From NCBI GenBank assembly GCA_965603825.1, contig CBFDEM010000037.1, positions 310,001-374,000 on the forward strand: a stretch of DNA of 64,000 bases, read 5' to 3'. The first letter of the stretch is position 1; every line of letters begins with the position of its first letter. The position numbers and the translations under genes were made by a program. The notes beneath the pieces were generated by a model that made no database searches, was not told where the DNA came from, and saw nothing but the letters and a program-made list of their open reading frames with translations. Of the stretch, positions 51,515 through 63,750 are shown piece after piece. This DNA comes from Blepharisma stoltei ATCC 30299 (taxonomy: Eukaryota; Protista; Ciliophora).

Positions 51515-53734
51515 CTATGGGACATAGTGATAAGCTGAAAGATCATTGATATCTCTTGCCAAGAATTCTCTTTCAATCAAGCTTTCAATTTGTGCTTTAA
51601 TCATGCTAAGCTGAGGTTTAAAACTCTTTACTTCTTCGAGGACTTCAGATACTAACTCCTGATGCTTCATAACTATTCTGGCTTTCGCAATCTTTACAAT
51701 AATAGCGTCCAAAATCTGCTTTCTTTCAGAAATAGCTATTATTACTTCTTCATTATGGCTTGGCTTGGAAGCTCTCACTGCTTTTTTAGGAATGTAAATA
51801 ATTCTAACCGTTGCAGCTGCAAAATTTTCATTAATTGTAATTAATTCTTCATCATTTAACGTCTTCCCTCTGCTTTCTTTATTAAATATTTTTGATTTTG
51901 GGCTGAAAAATTTTATGAAATTGGCTTTAAAGGTATTTTCACTTAATTTGGAGTTCTCTCTTAATTCTCGGACGCTATATGTATTTCCATTATTAAACAT
52001 AAGCAGTATGACTGCTTGATATGGGTTCACTATAAAATTGTAACTTTTATTCAAAAACAAGCTGCGGATCTCAACAGTTCCTAATCCAGTAGCCCAAGTA
52101 ATGCTACGTCCACTGTATTTATTCTTATAAAATAGAGAAAATTCTTTTGCTAGAGCTTGAATTTTATAAGGTAATAAGCAAGCCTCAGATGATATCCCAG
52201 GGCAACACCCTGATTTCAAGATCTGTGCAGAAAACTGAATTTCATGAAGGCCGTCTTGGTTATAGTTCTGATTAAACTCAGCTGTAATAACTTCAGATAG
52301 AGAAATATCTTGGTAAATACTGTAAATTTTATTCACAATTGCATAGCCACCCTCAATCTTCAGTTTTTCAATCAATATTTTTTCTGCGTCATTGCTTATG
52401 CTAGTCCTATCTAATAGCCGCTTTGCCAAAAGGCGAGCATAGAGATTAATAAATATATCTTTATCATATAGCCATACAAAAATCATAGCAATTTCAGATA
52501 ATCTTATATCAATTTCTCTATCAGAAAGTCCAAGAAGTCCTTTTTTCATCATATAGTCGCTATAATCGACAACATAAGGAGCTGAGCATGAGAATTTATT
52601 GATAAAGTTGCAAAATGCAGAAGAGCTGCTTTTCTGGAATGCAAAATGGTTGGAAAATAAATAATCAGTTAGTTTATCAGTTTCTGCTTCATATTTTAGT
52701 ATTGCTCTTGTGTACTCAATAGGATCTTGTTGGAGCTTTTCATCTGATATAATCTCTAACCCCTTTTTTTCAATATAAAGCTTAAATCCAGGAGTGATGG
52801 ATTGAAGAGCAGTTTCATAGTTTTTAAAAACCTCAAACATCATTTTCACTTCATCTCTTTTATCTTGATCAAACATTCTTATTTTCCCAGTTTCTAGTAT
52901 ATCTGCTAAACTCAAGGCAACTCTTTTTACAATCTCTTCAGCGATAATATTTAAAAGTTTATTTTGTAAATTCTCGTAACTTCTAATTCTTTCTGATTCT
53001 TCTTCGAATATTTTGATTGCTTCCTGGAAATTTTTAGGGATCAAAAGGCTTGACATTCATCCTATGGGCTTAGAAGTATAATAAAGCTTGACCCCTTGCA
53101 AATATGATTCTTCAAAAATTTCTTTGGAAAATTCGTAATTGGGGATCCCTTCTCATATAATTTTCTTTTGATTTTTCCTTTTAGTCAGACTTGCATCTCT
53201 TGCAGCAATTTCTGAAAGGCAGGATAAGCATTTTCTCATATAGCTAGCATTGCTGCCATTTCCTTCTCTTTCATATTGTATTTGCTCAATAAGGGCTGCA
53301 CGGATTTTACTTTTTGATATTAAATCAAATAGCTCAGTTTTAAATAGTTGTAATCCTAGCGGAACTATACGTGAAAGTCCATTATTTTTGACATGATACA
53401 AGTCAAGAATGCAAAAAATTTTTTGTAGCCAATAGACAAGAATTTTGTGCTTTTTTCATGATTTATGGAGATTAACTACTAAATTTCTTCCTTCTGAGCA
53501 AAGAAGTTTTGGCTTTGATGTTTTTTCGGTATAAGTCCTGGCAAGATTGGTATATTCCTCATACAAGAAATGTGAATTATCGTCTATTTCATGAGTCTTG
53601 TAAACAAGACCGTAAGCATTCATAAAAACATCGCATCCTAGATCTGCTGGATTTCCATTTTCAACTTGCTCGAATATTTTAGGAGCAAGGTCTTCTTTAA
53701 TGTAGGTTAAAGTTTCTCTGAGCTCATCGTTCAT
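51515..53734 (-). CDS. Cullin, divergent paralog of 42123-44354
   Basis: Three same-frame ORFs joined by TGAs; end-to-end similarity to the first cullin (LAKRLLDRTSISNDAE, NKESRGKTL, QIESLIEREFLARD). Confidence 0.9.
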
Positions 53735-53940
53735 TGAATAAAAATTACTAAAAATGTAGAAAGTTCATTAATTTCAAGAGCAAGCAGATTATATGCTTAT
53801 GCAATGTTATTAATTTTTTAATTCATATTATAAAGTAACAGAGTTTAAATAAATTATATAAAAATATAATTTAAATAAGCTCAAATTTAGCAATGAAATC
53901 TTTATTATAAATCGTCAATTTAATTTTTAAATGATTTTTA

Positions 53941-54002
53941 ATTACTATGGAAATTTGTCCTTTGTCTTTTAATTATTATGGAAATTTATCTTTTATCTTT
54001 TA
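53941..54002. repeat. Tandem direct repeat, 2 x 31 bp
   Basis: attactatggaaatttgtcctttgtctttta / attattatggaaatttatcttttatctttta; 4 mismatches. Confidence 0.85.
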
Positions 54003-54344
54003 ATACAGAAATAGTTCTCACATTTCATAGTTATCAAATTTAAAATTGAGCGAATCAAAAGGTTTAAAATATAAAAGAAGTTTGAACTTTTGATAGAAAA
54101 TTATTAATAGGTATTTACAAATTATTTATAATTGGAACTGAATAAATTTGAAAAGCCTCTTAGGTATGATTCAAGTTCTTTGTTCCAATTTTAATAAAAA
54201 TTAAATGGAGTATGGTGCTTTGCTATATGACACTTTTGAGAGTCAATCAGAAAGCATCAGATATCATAAATTTGAAATGCGGATTAATTGAGCTTTTTAT
54301 CTTTTTTGGATAAATCCATATTGTAAAGGATAAATAAGATAAAT

Positions 54345-55652
54345 ATGGATGACTCCCGAGGAGTAGCTGAGAACATCGAGCAGTGAAAAATCAAAAGATT
54401 GATTCAAAATCTTGACAAGTGCCGAGGGCATGGAACTTCACTTATCTCCCTGATCATCCCACCTACCGAACAATTATCCCTAACAGGCCGTATGATAAAC
54501 GATGAGTGCGGCTCAGCGACATCAATCAAGTCCCGTGTAGTCCGCCAAGCAATCCTAAGCGCTTTAACCTCAATCCGAGAAAGACTAAAGCTTTACAATA
54601 ACAGAATGCCTAAAAATGGCCTTGTGATTTACTGTGGTGAAATCCTAAATGACAAAGACGTCATTGAGAAAAAGGTCACAATTGATATTGAACCATTCAG
54701 GCCGATTAACACAAAAATTTATATCTGCAACAACACATTTCACACCCAACCGCTAAAAGACCTTTTAGTTATGGAAGATAAATATGGATTTATCATTATA
54801 GATGGAAATGGTACTCTTTTTGGCACCTTACAGGGAAACGCCAAAGAGATCCTTAACCAATTTTCAGTTGATTTGCCAAAAAAGCACAGAAGAGGTGGGC
54901 AGTCTGCACTTCGTTTTTCAAGACTTCGAAAGGAATCAAGGCACAATTATTTGAGGAAAGTCTCAGAGCAAGCAGTTGTGCAATTTATTACAGGTGACAA
55001 GATAAATGTGACTGGGATAATTATTGCTGGAAGTGCTGAGTTTAAAAAGGAGCTAGCCCAGAGTGACATGTTTGACGAAAGGCTTCAATCAAAAGTGATA
55101 AAAATTGTGGACATCGCATATGGAGGACAAAATGGCTTCCAACAAGCAATTGAGCTATCAGCAGATACATTGAATAATGTGAAGTTTATAAGAGAAAAGG
55201 CTATTATCAGTCAATTTTTTGAAGAAATCGCCCAGGATACTAAGAAGTATTGCTATGGAATTGAAGATACAATGAGGGCACTTTTGATGGGATCATGCGA
55301 AAAAGTCATTCTCTATGAAAATTTAAGTGCCGTAAGGACTTTGCTAAGACATCCAGAATCAGGAAGAGAAGACATCGTGTATTGCAATCAAGGGAAGGAA
55401 GCAGAAATAAGTACAGTTGATGAAAAAGGAGAGAAGGTTGACATAGTCGAGCAAGGACCTTTAGCCGAATGGATTGTGGAAAATTATATGAAGTTCGGAT
55501 CTGAGCTTGAACTGGTCTCTGATAAAAGCCAAGAAGGTAGCCAATTTGCTAGAGGATTTAATGGGATTGGAGCGTTTTTAAGATATCAACAGGATGTAGC
55601 CCAGCTCGGAGAAAACGGAGATGAAGAGGATTGGGATGAAGATTTCATGTAA
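54345..55652 (+). CDS. eRF1: Eukaryotic peptide chain release factor 1 (435 aa)
   Basis: ATG 54345 NIEQ(W)KIKRLI; GTS loop; xIKS; YICNNTF; LPKKHRRGGQSALRF; DKSQEGSQFARGFNGIG. Confidence 0.96.
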
Positions 55653-55753
55653 AAGCAAAATTTAATAAAAGTTCTTGGGGCAATAATTTAGCTATTATTT
55701 TTTATACCGAACACGTAAGATTAAGCAATTTCTCAATATAAAATAAAATTAAT

Positions 55754-57097
55754 ATGAAGAAATTCCTAGTCATCATCCTTGCAATTTCGCTAGTCCTCTC
55801 CATAGATTCTGATTACCAAGATGATATCGAGGCTGATGGCTACGCAGAAAGTGACAAAAGAAGTGAATTTGCAAAAATGGCCCAAGATCCACACGGACAT
55901 CATAATCATGAAGAAGAATTGGAACATAACTCCCATGATCATAGCCACCATGAGCATTCTCATACACATGAGCATAATGAATATCATGAACACATTGAAA
56001 AACCCCAAGAACCACAAAAAAATCAAAAAATTAATCTTCCAGATGAGAATGGCCCATTCTATCTTGTTTTCGTTAACTTTGCATTGATTACAGAGCATTA
56101 CATTGCTGCTGCTTATAAAGCAATCCGAAGCATGACTCCTATTAACATCATTGTATTTTATATCGCACTTTTCTATTTATGTTTGAAATTAGTTTTGCCT
56201 GAAAGAAACAGAATAAATCTCAGCTACAAAATAACTGAAGAAAATGCGCAAGCTGAAGTTATGCAAATGCTTGAAGCAAAAAACAAAGAGCTTCAACAAA
56301 CTATTGCAAGCGTGAAAAATTCCATCAAAGAAAGCTCAGTGGATGTAAAACTTGATAAAGGAAACAGCAAGATTGACAACGAAACAAGTAAAAAGTTAGA
56401 CACAATCCTTTCTGAGATTGCAAGGATCCAAACTACTCAGCATGAATTTCAGAGCAAAGTCATTGAATCGCATAGAGACCTATGGATTAAGCTAGACAAA
56501 GCAAAAGGGCCTAAGATAAGCATCAATGAAATTCCTGTTGTTGACTCCATAGAAGTTTCCAATCCCTATGATATAAGTAAAGCCTATCTTGATGATAAAA
56601 ATGCTGTCAATGCAAATTTAGGATACAGAGAAGAGACAACATCAGTCATTGAGCCTGAGAAAAGTGAAAGGAAGCAGTCAGATGCTTCTTTCAAGAAAAA
56701 GAAAGAATCATTTGATGAGCCAATCAAAAAAGAAATTAAATCTGAGATTTCTGAAGAATTAAGCTTTGAGCCTAAGTCTGTTTCAAGAGAGAACACTGAT
56801 AAAATTAATGAAAAAACTGAATTTGGCTTAGGTTCAAGTCTGAAGTTTGTGGACATCGATGAGGTCAAAATGCCAGAAAACACAATTGATGAGCTTGAGC
56901 CAAAAAATGAAATTCCAATGCCAATCAAAGCTCCACCTCCAAAAATACCTGCACACATTCCTATGAAGGGATCGAATCCTATAAAAAAGACCCCACCAGT
57001 ACCTGTGAAAGCTCCAACTAAGGCTCCAGCCCCGTCTGAAAATAGAAGCAAATACACTCCTCCACAAGTTGCAACTAATCCTTTTGGTCTTAAATAA
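55754..57097 (+). CDS. Secretory-pathway membrane protein: signal peptide, His-rich segment, TM region, coiled coil, Pro-rich tail
   Basis: 447 aa ORF; MKKFLVIILAISLVLS; HGHHNHEEELEHNSHDHSHHEHSHTHEH; two hydrophobic stretches; KAPPPKIP..PPVPVKAP..NPF. Confidence 0.78.
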   Translation: MKKFLVIILAISLVLSIDSDYQDDIEADGYAESDKRSEFAKMAQDPHGHHNHEEELEHNSHDHSHHEHSHTHEHNEYHEHIEKPQEPQKNQKINLPDENGPFYLVFVNFALITEHYIAAAYKAIRSMTPINIIVFYIALFYLCLKLVLPERNRINLSYKITEENAQAEVMQMLEAKNKELQQTIASVKNSIKESSVDVKLDKGNSKIDNETSKKLDTILSEIARIQTTQHEFQSKVIESHRDLWIKLDKAKGPKISINEIPVVDSIEVSNPYDISKAYLDDKNAVNANLGYREETTSVIEPEKSERKQSDASFKKKKESFDEPIKKEIKSEISEELSFEPKSVSRENTDKINEKTEFGLGSSLKFVDIDEVKMPENTIDELEPKNEIPMPIKAPPPKIPAHIPMKGSNPIKKTPPVPVKAPTKAPAPSENRSKYTPPQVATNPFGLK

Positions 57098-57147
57098 AGA
57101 ACTCCAGCCATAGATAATAAAATTCGTTAATAATTAATCTCGTCATT

Positions 57148-58017
57148 ATGCTGATTTTGGGGATATCTGGACCTTTATTTTCGGGCCGGCACACAGCTGC
57201 AAAATTCCTTATTGATACTTTTAATTTCACTGAAATATCTCTAGAGAATCTCCAAACTCCGTTTCCATACCGAGATGGTCACAAGTATTACTTAGTCTTA
57301 ATCACATCTGAAAGTGACTTTGCAATCCTAAACAAGTACACATTTTCATATCTCATATGAATAGAAGCACCCACCTCTATTCGGTTCAGAAGATATAAAA
57401 GGATAAATAAAACCGCAACTTTAGACGACTTTTTAGACTTGGATGAAAAAATCGATGCAATGCTTCAGTATCAGGCAAAAAGTGTAATTATGAACACAAA
57501 AGCTTTAGCTGATCTAGCAAGATCTTTAAACAGGCTAGATCTCCTGAGTAGAGATTTAAATAGACCCACTCCTGATGAGTATTTTTTAAGGATTTCAGAG
57601 ATTGCTGCAAAGCGAACGAACTGTATGAAGCAAGCGGTTGGCGCAGTCGTAGTTAAAAACGGAAGGCTTATGTCAACTGGATACAATGGAACACCATTTG
57701 GAGCGAAAAATTGCAATGCAGGCGGCTGCAAAAGATGTAACTCTTTAGCTTCTGAAGGCACAAGACTAGACGAGTGTTGCTGCTTGCATGGAGAATTAAG
57801 CGCCATTTTGATGGCTTCTGATACTGATGGAGGTACACTATACACGACGTTGTTTCCATGTTTGAATTGTACAAAGAATCTTATCCACACAGGATTCAAA
57901 AGAGTAGTATACTCCAAGGAGTACAGCGCCAAAGACAGCATACGTTTGCTAAATGCTATTGGAATTCGAGCTGACCAAGTAAAGCCATATCAAGAGAAGA
58001 TAATTTATCCAATTTAG
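57148..58017 (+). CDS. dCMP deaminase with N-terminal degenerate P-loop domain
   Basis: ILGISGPLFSGRHT N-domain joined by TGA at 57358; RPTPDEYFL, RTNCMK..VGAV, TGYNGTP, CLHGE, LYTTLFPCLNC. Confidence 0.9.
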
Positions 58018-58097
58018 TTTGGGTGCATTAGCCTAAGAGTTTTGGGATTTTAAATTATTTATAATAAACTAAGTATATTAAAACGCTTCAAATTTAT

Positions 58098-59255
58098 TTA
58101 AACATATTTTATAAGTCACGGATCAGAAAGCTTTGAGGAAGAATCTGGAGGAATAGGTGAAATATCAAAAGAAACATTGCGCCCACATGGACTTGAGCCA
58201 CTTAAACTCAGCTCATGAGATTGAGGCAATTGCAAAATATTGCTTGAGGACCTGGAAATCAGCTGTTGTAAATCAATGTCTGAGTACGTACTCAGATCAT
58301 TTATGAGTTCTTTATGGTTTTCGCTTCAAGAAAACCCTAGAAGCTCTGCAGCTTGAAGGAGTTTCTGATACTTGGTTTCTTTTAGCTTCAAAAACCTGAT
58401 CTCGTTTTGTGCAAGATTCAAGGAAGAAGTCATAGTTTTATGCTCGTCCATTATTTTCTCAATTTCATCAGCTGTTAAATTTTTATTTCTGCTTATAAAA
58501 GCAGAAAATTCTTCATTTCTCAGCGACAAAGCTTTTAACAGATTTCTATTATCAGCTCTTATAGCATCCACTTCTTTTTGGAGCCTCTTATTTTCTGCGA
58601 TTTCTGCGTTCAGTTTTTCCTCACACTGTTTAAGTACCTTATCAATCAAATTTTGATGATGGAGGAAAAAATCTTCATATCCTTGCAAGATTTTTTTTAA
58701 CAAATCTCCAAAATTTTTATCAATGCTTATGAGCTTTTCGAAAATTGTTTTATAAACATTGTGATATTTACAATAATAATCATCTTCACTCTCCGATAAA
58801 TTATTTAGATCATTTGATAACTCAAATTCAAGCTGCGAAAGATCAATTAATCACTCCTCGTCGGCTTGAGATGGCTTTTGCCGCAGCTTATAAGCTGAAA
58901 TTGTATAAGTTTTCTGAAGATTTTTGGAAAATATTGGATTTTCGTTTAATGTATCTGCTTTTTTAAGTGTGCTTATTTTTTTCAAGCTTTCTTTATGATT
59001 TAATGATTCAAGAATAATTGCACGATTTATTTTCGGTTTCTCTTCTAGACTTTTATGAGTTATTTTAAGAGGCTCTAGGCTTGATTTGCCTTTATCGTCA
59101 TTACTTGAGTGAGCCAATGTGGCGTCATAATCATAAGGTTCGTCTTGAAAATGTACAAAAGAACTGTTTGTAAGTGATATTTTTTTATGCAATTTTTCAA
59201 GTTGATATGATGATTGATTTTTATGGTGAAGATTGGTCCTTGTTCTCTTCCGCAT
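58098..59255 (-). CDS. Hypothetical coiled-coil protein (~385 aa)
   Basis: Same-frame ORFs joined by TGA at 58851, 58326 and 58116; first TAA at 58098. Confidence 0.72.
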
Positions 59256-59665
59256 CTATTCTAATTTAAATTTATATTAGAAAGAGCAATGAGTATATAA
59301 AAATGCCAATTGGATAATTTTTATGATTAATTTATAGTTTATGATCTTGTAGCCTCGCATTCAACAAATACCTTAAAACTATTATATGAGGATAAATGGA
59401 ATAATAAATGGAAAAATAACTTAAAATTGAATTGCATTACTCAACTGAAGAAAAATTATTAATAGCTCTTTTTGATGAATTTAAGTAATGTGAGTTGTTT
59501 CCTAAGATTTTTATATTATCTTATATATTATATATCTTCATCCAAAAAATTAAAATAAAAATCATAATAGGCATATTTTCACTTTAAATTTTAATTTTAC
59601 AGAAAGACATTGAAATATTTTCGCACTCAGAAATTTAATTAATTATTTTATAAACAACAAAAATT

Positions 59666-62203
59666 TTAATCTATATTCTCTTCTTGAGTTGTTTTTGTTT
59701 CTTTTATTGCTTGCAGATATCGACTTGGGAGCCAGCTCATACCTTCTTCTCTTTCATTTATAGAAAAAATAGTCTCAACTGGTATTTCCCCAGGTTTAAT
59801 TTTTGGCTTGCTATTAGGAGGGCTAATTATGCTTTCGTTTCTTGATCGAAAGCTTTGATTTTTTATTGAGAAAGCTGTGCTTGGTGGTTCATCATTAATG
59901 TGGCTTACTCTCAACGAAAAAATTGATTTGTCTGAATTATTTTCATTCTTTGAAATTGAAACATTGTCCTCAGATCCCCTATTCGTTATTTTAAAGCATT
60001 CTTCTTCAGCAGGCACATCTTTATTTACATATTCCACTGCACTAATTTGATTAATTTTAATTCTTTTGCTGAAATGGTCTTTAAATATACAAGTTAATGC
60101 TAAAATATCAACCGCTACACATATAGCAATAACTGTCCACATTATAATATATCTTATAGTAACACTTTGAGAATTAATAATTGCTCCTAAAACCAAAATA
60201 ATTAAAAGCAAAATATCTGCAATTATTGAATATAAATTCAGCTTAAAGTTATAATATGGCTGAGCATAAAATATCCAGGCTATATAAATTAAAGTAAAAA
60301 AAGCAACGATTGATAATTGGGCATAAAATAAAGGATATATGAATACTCCTATAATGAATCCAATTTTACGAATAATTGTGATAATGTGATGGAAGTGTAT
60401 ATAGGGATTTTGGGAGTTTAGATTTAATTCGTTTGATAAAGTCCCAAATTTGTTATAAAATTCAATACCTACTTGTTTATCTAATATAAAAGCTTTATTC
60501 AGTGAAATAAATAAGCACATAAATATCGTGAAAGTGCAAAGCAGAATCAAGGAAGCATATCCTATTAATGTGTTGATTCCAAATGTAAAATTATCAAAAC
60601 CAGGATATAAAATCTGAAGAACTGAATATATGCCAATTTCTAAGTACTCAACAATAAAAAATCTAATAATAGCATTATAGCGATATAGATCTGTAGTTTG
60701 AAAAGACCACTTTCCGCATGATTTTATTTTGCAAGTGACCCCAAAATAAGCAATAATAAATATTGCTACTAGAGCAAAAAAAATATAAGCTAGCTTAAAG
60801 GCATTCACTAAAAAAAATGAATACTGCATATCATCAACATTATTTCACATAAAAGTACGAGCTGACGTATATGAGGATTCATGAATAGAATACCCAAAGA
60901 CATTAGGGAAAATGAAATCCAATGGTATAATGCCTCTTAAAAAGTTATTCAATAGATCTGGAGCATCAAAATTAATCATAGGCAAAAATCCTATAAAAAC
61001 CATAGCTGTAAACCAAATTCAATAAAGTGTAAGTTCTCGATACTTGCATGCATATATAAACACTGCAATAAGAACCCCTTGATGTATATATAAGATAATA
61101 TCAGTGAAGGTGCTATCGAAAGTGCTTCATACTTCTTCTCTATATAAAGTGGTATCTATAATTGGATTTGAAATTTGCTTTCCATTGATGCCAATAACTT
61201 GAGATTCATCAAACTTAAAAACTGCATCTGAATTGTCGTTTATTGAGTTTTGAAGATGCAATTTAACAATATATTCTTTGCTGCTCTTCTTTGTAAGCTT
61301 ATAGCTGACTTTATCTGAGTCGACATAAATGTCTAATTCGCTTTTGGTCAAAGTACTTTTAAGGGTTAAGTTAAAACTAATCTGAATCGTGTTATTAGGC
61401 AAAACATCCAATGTGGCATAAGGCCCATAATCATAATTAATTCTCTCACATACATCAGGTGTTTTTCCTTCGCAAGTCCAGCCAGATTCAATTGTGCATG
61501 TGCTGCTACACCCATCCCCACTTATAGTATTCCCATCATCGCATTCAAGTTGTCCTCTATTAACTCCTTTTCCACAGGTTTCTTTGCATGCCCCATTTTG
61601 AATACTAAAACCTGTAAGTGTGCATCCACACGTTCCAGCACTTGTCAACGTAAATGTTGGGTTGCAAGTGGTGCATAGAGATGCTTGGTTGCAAACACTA
61701 CAATAGCCTGTACAATCATAGCACTTTCCGTCTGAATTTGATAGATATTGGCCTGTAGGGCATGAAGTTGAGACACATTGCCCATTGTTCTTGATATACC
61801 CAGCAGCGCACTCAGTGCAGTAGCTTGAGCCTAAAGCAGTGCAGGTTTTGCAAGAAACGTCACAGTCAGTGCATGTTCTGCCTACATCTTCAAAAGTCCC
61901 ATCAGGGCAGCTATCTAGAGAGCATGATCCTTTGTATTGGACTCGTGATGAATCTGCACATGCAAGACAATTTGAACTTGTAGGACCATAGCAAGAAAAA
62001 CAGTCAGAATCGCAGGCTTGGCAATTTATTCCAGCTGTACTTGAGTCTGCATCATAAAATCCATTATAGCAGACACAGCCAGTTCCAGAAGGTAGGGAAT
62101 GGGATTGGGTGCAAGAAGAGCATAGATTGCTTGAGCATACTGAGCAGCTAGCATCGCAAGATGCTAATGCTTTTTCAAACAATAAGAGTAAATACATATA
62201 CAT
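59666..62203 (-). CDS. Cys-rich surface membrane protein (furin-like repeats + Myxococcus-type Cys-rich repeat + multi-TM C-terminus, ~845 aa)
   Basis: Signal peptide; CDSDCFSCYGPTSSNCLAC repeats; ECDDGNTISGDGCSSTCTIESGWTC; frame continuous through three TGAs into the TM region (KFGTL..EL, QPY). Confidence 0.85.
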
Positions 62204-62718
62204 TATATATAATATTTATTTAATGTTGAAATATATAATTAATCCTGATTATGGGGATTTGAATATATTCAGTATTCAGGCATTTAAATTCTGTCCATAG
62301 GCAGAAAACAATAATATTGGAATATGCAAGTCAATCATTAACTATTTATAAAACTATATATTGATCTTTTAAAACTATAATCACAAATTTACCACTACTG
62401 AGTAACTAAAACGGTTGCGACAAAAATCAGTCTGACTTCGCCAAAAGTGTAAGAACAGAAACAAAGCATTCTCCTCAAGATAATTTAAGCTGAGGATAAA
62501 AAATGAGAATAGACCAATAGGGAAAGCTAGGACTCAAGCTTTTAGTTATTTAATTGATAAAAATTGATCATATTGAATAGCTAAATGTAGCATGGCATAA
62601 GAAAAAGGTTTTGACAAAAAATAATCCCTAAATTCCATGAAAATTTCTTACTCTAATTCTAAAATAGTGCAATTTTTAAAAAGCCCCTGAATTTATTTAT
62701 AGGCACATTATAAAAATT

Positions 62719-63750
62719 ATGTCAAAAAAGCTTACCAGAAGCTCATTAATTGGTTTTTTCACATCAGTTATAAAACTTCAAGAAGATGCCCAAGCACGTG
62801 TAAATTCTCTCTTCAAAGATCTTGGATCCAATTCAATTGAATATCTACATAACACACTAAAATCTCTCCAACACAATAACTCCTCAAATAAATTTGAAAA
62901 CTATGAAATCCCAAATCCCCACAAAACCCCAGATAAGCCCTCAAATTCTAACACTTTAAATAAGTATGAAGAGAATAAAGATGGAAAAAATGGCTCGAAT
63001 ATTAATAGCGAAGAAATCACTAATAATATCCATCAAGACTGAGTGGTCGAAGAAGCATTGGTAATCTCATCAATACCAGCAAAAAGACAAAGGAAAAAAA
63101 ATAAAATGGATTTTCCACTGCTTGATGAATACCGAGAGCGTGCTGAAAAATACAAAGAAATGATCCGCAAGCTCTATTCTATTGGAACAAAGGCAAAGAC
63201 AATAGGTAAATTATTTAGCATTCCTTTAGTGCATATACATATTATAGGAGATTGATCTCAAACTCCCCCAGAGGAAGCTGCGCGATATAGAGAAATGAAG
63301 AAAAGAGCTCGAAAATTAGCAGATGAAGGGCTTTCAATAAAAGAAATTAGCAAAGAAATATCAATCACTAAAGCAATTGCTAACCTTATGCTAAATGCAT
63401 TCCCTCTTGCAATAGTTATAAAATCGCCAAAAGAGAAAAAGCGATTTATTGAAGCAGCTATAAAGGAAAATATGTCGAAAAATACAATGGTAGACACAAT
63501 TGGCATTCGCAATAAAGTTTATCTTTGGATAGATCATTTGAATAACAACGAGGATTTTAGTGATGATGAATATTTAGAAGACGATGGAGAATATGATAGG
63601 GAGTTTATTAGAACAGTGCTTTATGAATATTATCTTACTAGATCCCCTCAAATAGTTGCAAGAAGATATGGAATTTCAAGTCATGAAAAAATTATTCAAT
63701 GAGCTCGAAGTCTTGAAAAAAAACAAAAAAAGAATAATGTGGATAGGTAG
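62719..63750 (+). CDS. Hypothetical protein with tandem helix-turn-helix-like modules (~343 aa)
   Basis: Three same-frame ORFs joined by TGAs and ending at TAG 63748-63750; e.g. YDREFIRTVLYEY...IVARRYGISSHEKIIQ(W)AR. Confidence 0.7.

Noticed and set aside
56584-57111. Long antisense ORFs (also 15445-15891, 32761-33210, 57471-57941 and others)
   Set aside because: They are shadows of well-supported genes on the opposite strand with no motifs of their own.
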